Origin: Promethearchaeota archaeon
GTDB lineage: Archaea > Asgardarchaeota > Lokiarchaeia > Sigyniarchaeales > SOKP01
Reading direction: 5' to 3'
Assembly: GCA_030599585.1 (NCBI GenBank)
Contig: JAUVNS010000002.1
Span: forward strand, 64,001 to 128,000
Length of the DNA: 64,000 nt
Shown one piece after another: positions 31,092 to 41,087 of this stretch. Each line of letters opens with the position of its first letter. The stretch's first letter is position 1. Position numbers and translations under genes: made by a program. The notes beneath the pieces were generated by a model that ran no database searches, was not told the origin of the DNA, and saw nothing but the letters and a program-made list of their open reading frames with translations.

Positions 31092-31418
31092 ATGCCATAT
31101 TTATTTACTTATAATATATTCCCCAATGATCAAGCAGGAAATATTTCGAAAGCTTATTTAAAAGTAATCAAAGAAGAACGAGCTGAATGGAGACCTTTAG
31201 CTAAAGAAATAATATCTAACGCTGTTAAAGGAACTTTAGATGGTATGAGTGCGATTAGTGTTTATGACGTAAAGGAAGGAAAACTAGAAGAACTTCTTGC
31301 AATACAACAAAAACATCTACTTGTTTATCAGGATATCCCGGGGTATCGATATAAGATGGAAGTCCGATTTAAAATAACTGAAGCCTTAGGGATGTTAGGA
31401 TTGAAGTTCCCCGAATAA
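31092..31418 (+). CDS. Small hypothetical protein
   Basis: GAGG Shine-Dalgarno and downstream T-tract; pattern similar to 26716..27021. Confidence 0.7.
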   Translation: MPYLFTYNIFPNDQAGNISKAYLKVIKEERAEWRPLAKEIISNAVKGTLDGMSAISVYDVKEGKLEELLAIQQKHLLVYQDIPGYRYKMEVRFKITEALGMLGLKFPE

Positions 31419-31437
31419 ATCAAAATTAACAATTAAC

Positions 31438-31455
31438 TCTTTTTTTTTATTTTTT
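31438..31455 (+). terminator. Oligo-T tract, archaeal-type terminator candidate
   Basis: Long T runs just after the stop at 31418, between convergent genes. Confidence 0.45.
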
Positions 31456-31484
31456 AAGTAAATCAAATTTAATTACGACAGAGT

Positions 31485-32123
31485 TTAAAAACATAAGCAT
31501 TTATCAGAAATAGGACATATTTCGCATTTAGGCTTATTTTTAGAACATGTTAGGGCTCCAAAGTCAAGCATTGCCCAATATATGTATTTAACATCCATTT
31601 TTGGCAATAAATTGTCCAAATGAGAATACATGGAATCACGAGTAAATTTAGAGCCTTGAGATTCAAACACCCTTGTTATAACTCTTTTTATGTTAACATC
31701 AAAAAACAATGTTCTTTTGTTTAATCCGAAGCACCCAAAAGCTTTACTCACGTAATCAGCTATGCCTTTTACTTCTTTAAGTTTATCCGTATCTCGCGGG
31801 ATTTCTCCATTATGTTTAGTTACGATCAATTGACTCAAGTCTTTCAAAATTTGAGCTCGTTTATTTGATAACCCCAATAATTTTATCGCAGGTTGTAAAT
31901 CGGAAATTTTAGCATTGTTAATTGAGGAGAAATCCTTGTATTTCTTAAAAAAAGGGTGATACATATTGGAGACATTCAAGGCAATTGTTTTTTGCAGTAA
32001 GATTTCCGTAACTAATATTTTGTAAAGGTCGTTTGATTTCCTCCATGGATACTGGCGCTTGTTAGCATCGTACCATTTTAACAGAATATTCCTAATCAAA
32101 GTATATTTACTTTCCTTAACCAT
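31485..32123 (-). CDS. HhH-GPD [4Fe-4S] DNA glycosylase, MutY/Mig (T:G mismatch)-like
   Basis: RQYPWR, EILLQKT, HhH KGIADY, DVNIKRV, CSKNKPKCEICPISDKC. It lacks the MutY C-terminal domain. Confidence 0.85.
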   Translation of the reverse strand: MVKESKYTLIRNILLKWYDANKRQYPWRKSNDLYKILVTEILLQKTIALNVSNMYHPFFKKYKDFSSINNAKISDLQPAIKLLGLSNKRAQILKDLSQLIVTKHNGEIPRDTDKLKEVKGIADYVSKAFGCFGLNKRTLFFDVNIKRVITRVFESQGSKFTRDSMYSHLDNLLPKMDVKYIYWAMLDFGALTCSKNKPKCEICPISDKCLCF

Positions 32124-32212
32124 TTTCTTCTGATTGGGGTTAGCTACGCATTATTCAATTTTCAATATAGTTTTATAGTTATTAATTAAAGATTAGTTTC
32201 ATTTTATTCTTA

Positions 32213-33388
32213 TTGTTAAGATTATCACTTTATATTGTATTCCTTATTATTGCTATGACTGAAAAAGGTAATCATATACTAGATTTGTTTTGTGGGGCGG
32301 GGGGTTTATCGCTAGGTTTCGAAATGGCTAATTTTAAGATTGAGTTAGCGATAGAATTAGAAGAAAATTATTATAGAGCTTATAGAAGAAATCATTCTGA
32401 AACGCTAACTCTAAATAAAGATATTACCTTATTAAGCTGCAAGGAAATTTCGGATAAGTATCTTAAAAGTAAAGAAATAGACGGAATAATTGGAGGTCCT
32501 CCATGTATAGGGTTTTCTACGGTTGGAAATAGGAGACCCGACGATCCTCGTAACACGCTAATATTTTATTTTATTCAGTGGGTTAAATACTTTAAACCGA
32601 TATTTTTCGTTATGGAAAATGTTCCTGGAATTCTTTCAATGGGAAAAGGAAAAGTAGTAGAAAATGTTGTTAATTTATACAAAGAAATGGGATATAATTG
32701 TAGAATGGAAATATTGCTCGCAGCTGATTACGGAGTACCGCAATTGAGAGAGAGAGTATTTTTTATAGGAACTCAAGACGAATCGGTTAATTCATTAACA
32801 ATCCAAAAAACTAACAAAAATAATATTGCAATGAAATCAGATTTAGGAAAAAATACACTCCCGTCTTATTTGACTGTTCAAGATGCTCTTTCTGATATTC
32901 TCAAGATAAAGCCCCTTACAAAACAGCGAGTCGAGAACTCAACAATAAAATATAACGGACCGCCCTTAACTCAATATCAAGAATATTTAAGGGAAAATTC
33001 TGACGAATTGTATGACCATTTTGCCCCAAATCATAGTGAAATCGTGGAAAGAAGAATCTCCCATATCGCCCAAGGGATGAATCATAGTTCTTTACCGAAC
33101 GAATATCAACTCAAAGGGGGTTATCCAAACATTTATGGGAGACTTCACTTAGATTCTCCAGCAGATACAATAACAGGAAATTGTGGATGTGTTAGTGCAC
33201 CGGGGAGATTTATTCATCCAACTCAAAATAGAGCGATCTCTATTAGAGAGGCGGCGAGATTGCAATCGTTTCCAGACAGATATAAGTTTTGCGGGACCAT
33301 GAGAGACAAATACAAACAAGTTGGTAATGCAGTACCGCCTTTAATGGCTTACGCGGTGGCCAAATCAATAAAAAATATGTTAAATTAA
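32213..33388 (+). CDS. DNA (cytosine-5)-methyltransferase
   Basis: DLFCGAGG, GGPPC, ENV, QLRERVF, REAARLQSFPD, QVGNAVP. The start is probably MTEKG. Confidence 0.95.
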   Translation: MLRLSLYIVFLIIAMTEKGNHILDLFCGAGGLSLGFEMANFKIELAIELEENYYRAYRRNHSETLTLNKDITLLSCKEISDKYLKSKEIDGIIGGPPCIGFSTVGNRRPDDPRNTLIFYFIQWVKYFKPIFFVMENVPGILSMGKGKVVENVVNLYKEMGYNCRMEILLAADYGVPQLRERVFFIGTQDESVNSLTIQKTNKNNIAMKSDLGKNTLPSYLTVQDALSDILKIKPLTKQRVENSTIKYNGPPLTQYQEYLRENSDELYDHFAPNHSEIVERRISHIAQGMNHSSLPNEYQLKGGYPNIYGRLHLDSPADTITGNCGCVSAPGRFIHPTQNRAISIREAARLQSFPDRYKFCGTMRDKYKQVGNAVPPLMAYAVAKSIKNMLN

Positions 33389-33424
33389 AAAATTATTAAA
33401 GAAAAGTTTCAATTTTAGTAAATT

Positions 33425-35707
33425 TCATTCTCTAGGCTTCTGAATAGGTCGAAAGATTCCCTTTTTTATTAGACGAGATATTGTATCAAAATCATTTGGA
33501 GTGCACATGTTTTCAGGAAGGAGGTAGAGCGAATAAAAATAGTTAGAATTATTTTCTTTCAAAAAATCTAACGCTCTCTTGACCATATTTTTTTCATCTT
33601 GACCCAATTTCGTTTTAGATTTTAACGAAAGCTCAACTGATAAGGGGTAAAGAAAAGATACATTCAAATGGTGCTCTACTAATTTATTTATCGGGTGAAA
33701 AGGTTTAAGGATTCCCGTAAATTTGTCTATTTGCTTACCAAAGTATTTATAAATATCGTAGGCTAAAGATTCAATATCGTAACTAAAGTTTTCAGAGGGT
33801 TTTTGCTTCATGATAACAATTAATCTTAAATTAACAAATTCAGTCATTATTATTATTGAATTTTTATATTCTATCTTTACAGTTTTCGTACCTTTTGCTT
33901 CTTCGATTACCTCATCTCCAAAATTGTGTATAGCTTGTAGGAAACCTGAAATTAGTGTCGTGTCTAATTCTTTAGTGTTATTAAAAGAATTCGAATAAAG
34001 ATCTATCCCAGATTTTTTATCGAGAACTATGACATAATGTAGATTCATGAGATCGGAATATTTTTCTAAGATTAATTTTAATTTTTCTCTATGCCTTGAT
34101 TCTACTTTTTTAACTGTTGCATAACTAGAAAATCCTACTACAGAACCAATTAATACGACAGCGCTAATCGTTAAAAATAGAGAAAAATCTTGGGGTGTGT
34201 CAGAACTCGAAGAGTAAGATATTGAGAAGACTTGTGATTGAACCCCCGCATCAGTTTGGTTATGCCAAAAAAGATAAGCAATGTAATTTCCTTCAATTTT
34301 ATTGGTTGGTATTACATAAGAGAATATATTATCATTAGGTGGGATACTTGAAGTAGTTCTATATTCTTCTATACCTAACGGATCAATTAATACAAAAGTA
34401 TAATTACCATGTTTAATAGGCGAGCCAAGTGAAAATTTTAGCTCTTGTCCAGTGAAGTATTCCGTTTTTTGAACATCTAAATTAACTTCGATATGAGGAG
34501 AATAAGCATAGATTTCCCAATTTGCTCCGTTGTGTATTGTATCGTTTGGAAAAATTAGAATATTGTTTGACAAGTCAATAATGACATCTGAATTAATTAA
34601 TTCCCCATTTTTAAATATATTAAGATTATTCCAGCTTTCAGGGAATTCAAACTTGATTGTATCGTTATTTGAGTACCTCTGGATTTCGGGTGTAATTAAC
34701 CATTCATTACTGGCATTTAAATTGACATTCAACACACTGGGGGCCAAAAAATTATTACTAATCCGAAGGCTATAATTGAAATGAAATCTTAATGAATTCG
34801 TTTTATTGTTTTTTATTTTAATATTTAACTCGTTTTTATTAGGTCGATAATCTAGATTATTCTTTTTCAGGTATCCTTTACCACGGTGAGGACCATCTTC
34901 TATTTCGTAAAGATTTCCATCAATTTGAGCAGTCATGTTTATCTCTTCAGGGAAAAAGGAAGCATTCACTTTTTGAATTATTTTATGAAGAAAAGGGGCT
35001 CCTTGAGAACCATCCAACCAAGAGCCAGAATCATACTTTGATACATAAAGATCTGGATTTAGAGGATTGATGTTGTTAAAATACCAGTAATAATCTGATT
35101 TGGGACTATTCCCTATAGAAGATCCATCAAATATTAAATAATAATCACCTTTGGGAAGATGAATAGGATTTGAGAAATTTTGTAGATGCCAAGAGGGACT
35201 ATCAGAATAAGGCATATTTAAGGTAATAGAACCATATATTGTATTATTAGGGGAATTTGTAGAATTATCATAACCACTTATTTGGATAACTATTGGTGTA
35301 TTTTCGGTCGATTCATTATAACCATATATTTCTATTCCATAAATAATAGTAGGATTAATCACTTCAATTTGTACTGCGTAACCATCGTTAAATTTGTCAA
35401 TAACAACACTATCCGTAGCAACATCTTCTATGGTTTTTTCTTCAGTTCCAAACTCCATCTCATCAAAGTTCAATTCAATATCATCAATATTCCATGTATT
35501 TGAGGGTAATAAGATATCTATGGAACTCACATTTTCACTATACCCATGTTTTAAAGAGTTTTCGATCAGTTCGAAATTTATATTGATCTCCAACGAGATT
35601 TCGCTGACATCTGATAGATTTCCTTCATTATTGGGGATTAAGGCTAAGAAAAAAATGGTAGCGAGTAAAATACAAAACGATCTTTTTAAAGTTTTATCTG
35701 ATTTCAT
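33425..35707 (-). CDS. Single-pass surface protein: signal, ~490-aa ectodomain, TM, longin-like cytoplasmic domain (paralog 1)
   Basis: N-terminal hydrophobic signal; TM FLTISAVVLIGSVVGF; IVLDKKSGIDLY...LISGFLQAIHNFG. Confidence 0.8.
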   Translation of the reverse strand: MKSDKTLKRSFCILLATIFFLALIPNNEGNLSDVSEISLEININFELIENSLKHGYSENVSSIDILLPSNTWNIDDIELNFDEMEFGTEEKTIEDVATDSVVIDKFNDGYAVQIEVINPTIIYGIEIYGYNESTENTPIVIQISGYDNSTNSPNNTIYGSITLNMPYSDSPSWHLQNFSNPIHLPKGDYYLIFDGSSIGNSPKSDYYWYFNNINPLNPDLYVSKYDSGSWLDGSQGAPFLHKIIQKVNASFFPEEINMTAQIDGNLYEIEDGPHRGKGYLKKNNLDYRPNKNELNIKIKNNKTNSLRFHFNYSLRISNNFLAPSVLNVNLNASNEWLITPEIQRYSNNDTIKFEFPESWNNLNIFKNGELINSDVIIDLSNNILIFPNDTIHNGANWEIYAYSPHIEVNLDVQKTEYFTGQELKFSLGSPIKHGNYTFVLIDPLGIEEYRTTSSIPPNDNIFSYVIPTNKIEGNYIAYLFWHNQTDAGVQSQVFSISYSSSSDTPQDFSLFLTISAVVLIGSVVGFSSYATVKKVESRHREKLKLILEKYSDLMNLHYVIVLDKKSGIDLYSNSFNNTKELDTTLISGFLQAIHNFGDEVIEEAKGTKTVKIEYKNSIIIMTEFVNLRLIVIMKQKPSENFSYDIESLAYDIYKYFGKQIDKFTGILKPFHPINKLVEHHLNVSFLYPLSVELSLKSKTKLGQDEKNMVKRALDFLKENNSNYFYSLYLLPENMCTPNDFDTISRLIKKGIFRPIQKPRE

Positions 35708-35874
35708 GTTTTCATTTAATTGATTTCTAATGTTAATTTTACATGTTTGACTAAAAAACTTTTACATTTTTATCAATAAAAATGAACAATGTGAGCGAAA
35801 TTGTTTTAAATGTTATAACCAGTTTAAATGAATCACTAAAGCCCAATTTTATAATAATTTAAAGAAAAAAGGGT

Positions 35875-36423
35875 TTATTCTATGCTTTCAATATTAGATT
35901 TACATATTTCCAAAGTTAATTTGGAAAAGACATCTTCTACCTTGGTGCCAATTTTTGCGCTTGTTTCTATGTACTCGCTTGCGGAAACTTGCTGCTTGAT
36001 GTGATTTACATCATCTAAATTAATTATTCTGTTTTCTGAAGTCAATAAATCTAGTTTGTTTCCAACGAGTAGATTTGGAACGATTCCAATTTTACTTTCC
36101 ACTTCTTCTTTCCAAGTTAATAAATTATCCAGAGTGTTTTTCCTAGTTAAATCAAAAGCGTAAACGATACCTTTTGCACCTTTATAAAACGCATATCTAA
36201 CCCATCTAAATCGAGGCTGCCCTGCCAAATCCCAGAATTGCAAAGTAATTAAGCGTTCAATTTCGGGGATTTTAACATATTTTACGAAAAAATTAGATCC
36301 AATTGTTCTTTGAGCGTCGGGTACGAATCTCCTTTTCAAGTATTGGTTAAGAATCGTGGTTTTTCCTACTTCGGAATCGCCGACAATACAAATTTTAAAA
36401 AAATATTTGTTTGAGCCTACCAT
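35875..36423 (-). CDS. Rab-like small GTPase
   Basis: G1 GDSEVGKT, G2 RTIG, G3 WDLAGQ, G4 NKLD, G5 ETSAK; no C-terminal prenylation motif. Confidence 0.95.
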   Translation of the reverse strand: MVGSNKYFFKICIVGDSEVGKTTILNQYLKRRFVPDAQRTIGSNFFVKYVKIPEIERLITLQFWDLAGQPRFRWVRYAFYKGAKGIVYAFDLTRKNTLDNLLTWKEEVESKIGIVPNLLVGNKLDLLTSENRIINLDDVNHIKQQVSASEYIETSAKIGTKVEDVFSKLTLEICKSNIESIE

Positions 36424-36611
36424 TTTTGATATTCTTAACCGGTGTTTCTATATTAAATAGTGACTTGAGACTTATATGTTTATATTATATACAAGTATTA
36501 GTATTAGATAATAATCAATGAAATTTGTAGAGTTCAATTTAATACTTCGAAATATTAATAATATGAAAGCTATTATATTTTAAGTGTAATCAGTTAATGA
36601 AAAAAAAATGA

Positions 36612-37862
36612 GTGTTATTTGATATGGGTAAAAACTTAAAGGATCTAATAGACAACGCTGAAGAAGAAGAAAAAACGCATGCTCAATTAGAAAAAACAAT
36701 TGAAAGTTTAGAGCGGAAGGTAACAAAATTAGAAACGAAGTTAAAAGAAAAAAAGAAATCTTCCAGACCAGAACATATAAAACCTGAAGAGGAAGAGCTT
36801 GAATCCGAAGAGATAAAAATTTTGAAGGAATTAATCAGTTCACAAAAACAAGAATTAGCTCAAAAGCAACAGGAGAAAGAGATTTTTCAGCAAAAAATTG
36901 GATATTATAGGCAACAATTACAAAACCTTGAAGATAGTCTAAACGATTCTGTAAAAGATGAAATAATAGTGAAAACTCAAAATTCTCTCAATAATTTGAT
37001 CGAAGATTATGGGAGATTGGAAAACACAAACAAATCCCTCAATGAAGAAATTTCCAAGATAAAAAACGAAAACAAGCTACTTTTAGAAAATACTAAGAAG
37101 ATTCAAACTGAAAGTTCCAATGTAGAACATATTGAGATAGATTTAAAGAATTTACAGAAGCAGTTAACTGATTTGGAGAGAGAGAAAAAATTACTTGAAG
37201 AAATTAATTCTACATTTCGAAATAAAGAAATCTCAGTCGAAGAATTACAAAAAACAGCAGATGTTTTAAAAAGCAATAATCTCGAATTAAAAAAAGAAAA
37301 TCAAAAAATATCTAAAATAATTGATACCATTAAAGCTGAGAACTCTCGGTTAGCAAAGTTTGAGGAAAAAGTTTTTTATTTAGAGAATAAAATCATTGAT
37401 TTAAGGATTGAAAATGAAAAGCTAAAGCAAAAAGATGCTATACTTCTTGCAAAAACGATTAACGTTATCGAAAAAGAGAAGAGAGAACAGATAGAATTAG
37501 CGAATGATTTAGAAACTATTGAAAAGGATTTAAAAAAGAAAGATGATGAGATCGTTGAGAAATCAGTAGAAGGTGTGCAAAGTGAAGAGCTTCAATCAAA
37601 AACCAGTAGAGATTTTATTACAACTGAAAATGTTGATCATATGCCAAATTTAGCGGAATCCAAAGATTCAGGGTCGGAAGAAGGCTTTTTAACCAAAACC
37701 TATGAACAAACTGGTTATCGTAAAAAAATCTGTCCGAAATGTGGAAATACAAATAAAACACAAATACGGGAGATTGATGATAAAACGCGAGTAATTTTTC
37801 CAGGCTTTTATGCGAAAAAATATAAGTGTGGACAATGTGCTACAGAGTGGAATAAAGACTAA
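36612..37862 (+). CDS. Long coiled-coil protein with C-terminal zinc ribbon
   Basis: About 310 aa of E/K/L heptad-like sequence; C-terminal CPKCG...CGQC. Confidence 0.85.
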   Translation: MLFDMGKNLKDLIDNAEEEEKTHAQLEKTIESLERKVTKLETKLKEKKKSSRPEHIKPEEEELESEEIKILKELISSQKQELAQKQQEKEIFQQKIGYYRQQLQNLEDSLNDSVKDEIIVKTQNSLNNLIEDYGRLENTNKSLNEEISKIKNENKLLLENTKKIQTESSNVEHIEIDLKNLQKQLTDLEREKKLLEEINSTFRNKEISVEELQKTADVLKSNNLELKKENQKISKIIDTIKAENSRLAKFEEKVFYLENKIIDLRIENEKLKQKDAILLAKTINVIEKEKREQIELANDLETIEKDLKKKDDEIVEKSVEGVQSEELQSKTSRDFITTENVDHMPNLAESKDSGSEEGFLTKTYEQTGYRKKICPKCGNTNKTQIREIDDKTRVIFPGFYAKKYKCGQCATEWNKD

Positions 37863-37877
37863 CTTTATCGTGACTCT

Positions 37878-38996
37878 TTAATCGCTTCTCCTATTTTCTT
37901 TGTAAATTTTTTCTAATAATTGGACCGTATCAGGATAAATATAAGATTGTTCTTTTCGATGAAGTTTGATTGCATCTACAGGGCAACATGCCGCACAAAT
38001 TCCACAGCCATAACACTTTTTAAGATTTACAATAGATTTCTCTTTTATTATTGTAATAGCATTAAATGGACATCTTTTTGCGCAAAGAGCACATCCTGTG
38101 CATAAATGACGATTAACTTTAGCGATATAGTTCGATTTAGCCGTACAATTTTCGTTTTTATCTTCAAATCGCGTCATTCCTCTTAAAAGAGCGCAGCAAC
38201 AGGCACAACAGGAACATATTACTTGGTGGATTGGGCTTTTACTGTTTGCAACTGTAAAAACTAAACCTTTTTTTGACAATTTCTTTACTAGGTTATGGGC
38301 TTCTGCGAGAGAGATTTCTCGTCCTTCTCCTCTTCGTAAAAAATATTCCCCGAACAATCCAACTTGAAAACATGTTTCTGAAATAGGAAATTTATCTTTA
38401 CATTCTCTTATACCTAAGGTCTCAGTTCTATTACGACAAGGACAATCGGTTACTACAATTGGACCTTTACAAGTGTCTAATATTCCATGTATCTCTTCAG
38501 CATTTGAAATTTTAGACTTATGATCAATTGATGTATCTATGGGAACAATTCTAGTAATAGGAGTACCAGCGTCGGAAGATTCGTATCGCTTGTAATATTT
38601 TTCTTCAATGAAGAATTGATGATACAGTTCAGCTCCTTTCTTTCCAAGCCTTTGGAATGTTTTAGAGTTTTTAAATCCCATATTCAAAAGATGTGCCATC
38701 GCTAAGAAGTAGGAATAACCACCGATATCTTGAATAATACCCGAATTGGTCATTTTTTCCAAAAGTTCTTTAACCTCTTCCTTGCTTTTTCCAATTTTCT
38801 TAGCAATTCGATTACTGGATTGGGGCTTAACTGTTAAGTATTGAGCAACTTCTGCCTCTTCAGGGGTAAATAATAATTTAATAAACGCCCTAAATGCTTC
38901 TGATACATTTCCATCAACAATAGGGATATCGTTAGGGTATTCACGCATATTTTGCAAAATCTTTTCGTAAGAGGCTGTAATTTCTTCTGCTGTCAT
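37878..38996 (-). CDS. Multi-[4Fe-4S] binding protein with N-terminal HTH-like region
   Basis: LFTPEEAE, CPCR, ICSCCACCC and two ferredoxin CxxCxxCxxxCP motifs. Confidence 0.88.
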   Translation of the reverse strand: MTAEEITASYEKILQNMREYPNDIPIVDGNVSEAFRAFIKLLFTPEEAEVAQYLTVKPQSSNRIAKKIGKSKEEVKELLEKMTNSGIIQDIGGYSYFLAMAHLLNMGFKNSKTFQRLGKKGAELYHQFFIEEKYYKRYESSDAGTPITRIVPIDTSIDHKSKISNAEEIHGILDTCKGPIVVTDCPCRNRTETLGIRECKDKFPISETCFQVGLFGEYFLRRGEGREISLAEAHNLVKKLSKKGLVFTVANSKSPIHQVICSCCACCCALLRGMTRFEDKNENCTAKSNYIAKVNRHLCTGCALCAKRCPFNAITIIKEKSIVNLKKCYGCGICAACCPVDAIKLHRKEQSYIYPDTVQLLEKIYKENRRSD

Positions 38997-39163
38997 AATA
39001 AATTAGGCTCCAGAGCTGTAAATATAATTTTAAAGTAGCAATTACCTTGATTTTTATAACAATTTCTGATTTTAATATTTTTGTATGACGAAATATAAGC
39101 TATAGTGCTTAAACCATCAAAATTGATTTGATATATATCATAATTAGAAAATAGTTTTTTCTA

Positions 39164-39616
39164 TTGTCGTTTATTTTTATACATCTTAACTTTAGCAAGA
39201 GTTTTTTGTTTTATAATTATATTATTATGTACAATATAATGCCCGATTTTGAGAAAATTAAACAGAACCAGCAATTATCCGAAGTTACAGCTAAATTTTT
39301 TGCTTTGTATAAAGACGAAAGTACCTATTTGTCTGGGTGGATTGGTCTAGACAGAACTCTAAGCCAATTCACTTCTATGTTATTAGAAGAAATAAATTAT
39401 ACATGGGATTTAGGCAATCAAAATATGGAAGATTACATAATTTTTCATATCGATACTGAAGATAAAAATAAGCTTAGGGAAATAAAAAAGGAACAAACTT
39501 ATCAAGCTGTAAGAAATTCCAAAACTATTTACTTAGTTATTTTACATAAAGACATTCCGTTCCATATTATTGAGAATCTTCCACTTGTATACGATTGGTT
39601 AAGCGAAATCTTATAA
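39164..39616 (+). CDS. Hypothetical protein
   Basis: Open frame with globular composition. The true start is probably a downstream ATG (MYNIMPDF). Confidence 0.6.
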   Translation: MSFIFIHLNFSKSFLFYNYIIMYNIMPDFEKIKQNQQLSEVTAKFFALYKDESTYLSGWIGLDRTLSQFTSMLLEEINYTWDLGNQNMEDYIIFHIDTEDKNKLREIKKEQTYQAVRNSKTIYLVILHKDIPFHIIENLPLVYDWLSEIL

Positions 39617-39625
39617 TTCTAAGCT

Positions 39626-40189
39626 CTAATCCTTTTGATGTTCCAGCTTTATTATAGAGATCAATTTTAATAGGTTTGTGAAATCAATTGTTTCTGGATC
39701 ATCAGTTTTAGGATTCCAACCGAAGAGCATTTTCGCTGCTTTTCCATGGTTCACTACGTACCATTTCATAATTTCAAGCTTTTGTTCTTCATTTGTTACA
39801 AATTCTAACTGCGGTTGGAAACGATGGAACCCATGTCTTACCAGTAGAGAATCAGGATGAGCCCGAATATTCTTCATCCAGCCAGCATCTTCGCCTCTAC
39901 TTGAAAATATTGTAATTGTCCCTTCTATTCGGCGGTATTCTAAGGGCGTTCTTCTTTTCTTCCCTGTTTTTCTTCCTTGTGTCGTTAAAATGAGAAATAA
40001 TCTTCCAAAACCTAAAAGAGGTAAAATTTTTAATCGATATAAGGGAAGAACAATATATTTGTTATAAATTTTAAACTTTTTAAGCATCTTATTCTTAATA
40101 ATTTCATCCTTATGATTGAGATTATAAAGGGAAGACCCTGGTCGAGGTAGAAGGTCTTCATTAACATCTATGTTATTCGGGCTCGTCAA
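39626..40189 (-). CDS. Deazaflavin (F420)-dependent nitroreductase family protein
   Basis: LILTTQGRKTGKKRRTPL and WMKNIRAHP. Confidence 0.88.
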   Translation of the reverse strand: MTSPNNIDVNEDLLPRPGSSLYNLNHKDEIIKNKMLKKFKIYNKYIVLPLYRLKILPLLGFGRLFLILTTQGRKTGKKRRTPLEYRRIEGTITIFSSRGEDAGWMKNIRAHPDSLLVRHGFHRFQPQLEFVTNEEQKLEIMKWYVVNHGKAAKMLFGWNPKTDDPETIDFTNLLKLISIIKLEHQKD

Positions 40190-40418
40190 TTTGATTCCTC
40201 TTTACAAAGCAAAGGATTTGTATTTCAAACTATTCCTTATTAAATTTTTATAGTAATAATCAATGAAATAAATATTGAAGTCATTTATTTATATTATCAT
40301 ATAATAAGATGTTAGAAAAATAAGATGTCGGGATTATTACTTCTTCCAGGATTAATTGGTTATATATTGACGGGCTTAACCATAGTTCACGCACTCATGG
40401 ACGCGAAAAAGAATCGAT

Positions 40419-40904
40419 TTATCGAGGAATCCATTTAGGTACTTTTTCCTTGTATTCTAAATATTTTTGACCAAATAATTCTTCTAGTTGCTTTTGTTCA
40501 AAAGTAGCCAGTTTATCGTAAATAACAATAATTGCAATCCAAATGACAATACTAATCAAGGAAATCGATAGTAATATAAACGCTAGATAAATTAAGAGAA
40601 CGCCAAAATACATCGGATTTCTTACATGCCCAAGTATTCCGTCCGTTATGAGATCGTTTTTATTTTCGGGGTGACGAAATAAAATGTTGTGCGAAGCACG
40701 AATAAATACTAAAGCTACAGCGATAATAATAATAAACAAAATAAGTCTAGCTATCCAAGGAATAAAACTATTCAGTACTGTTGAAAACGAGAAAACTAGT
40801 GAATCTAAAATCCAGATTGTGGTAAAAATCGCTGGAGAGAGTGCTTGTATTAGATGAGAATGTGGTGCCTCGATTCCCAACCTATGTTCATGATTATGGC
40901 TCAT
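40419..40904 (-). CDS. Isoprenylcysteine carboxylmethyltransferase/PEMT family membrane protein
   Basis: LITDG...VRNPMYFG and FGQKYLEYKEKVPKWIP. Confidence 0.88.
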   Translation of the reverse strand: MSHNHEHRLGIEAPHSHLIQALSPAIFTTIWILDSLVFSFSTVLNSFIPWIARLILFIIIIAVALVFIRASHNILFRHPENKNDLITDGILGHVRNPMYFGVLLIYLAFILLSISLISIVIWIAIIVIYDKLATFEQKQLEELFGQKYLEYKEKVPKWIPR

Positions 40905-41087
40905 TTTTTATCAACTTAAGTTCTATAGTAAGTAAAATTTTATGATTAACAATTAATTTATTGACCATTAAATGATATCAACAATTAAATGTTACTTTAT
41001 ATTACAAAAATTAGTCGCGCCTAATAAAAATTTTCTATAGACCAGTTATTGCTAAAAATATCTAAAATCATAAAGAAGTGAGTCCTT

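Noticed and set aside
31485-33388. Mobile defence island around the C5 methyltransferase
   Set aside because: No integrase, transposase, tRNA, flanking direct repeats or nuclease were seen.
39164-39616. Possible ubiquitin-like fold
   Set aside because: There is only a vague secondary-structure impression and no C-terminal GG, so it cannot be supported without a structure search.
24036-40904. Two ICMT-family genes as evidence of GTPase prenyl-methylation
   Set aside because: The family is widespread in prokaryotes, and neither GTPase here has a CAAX or CC tail.
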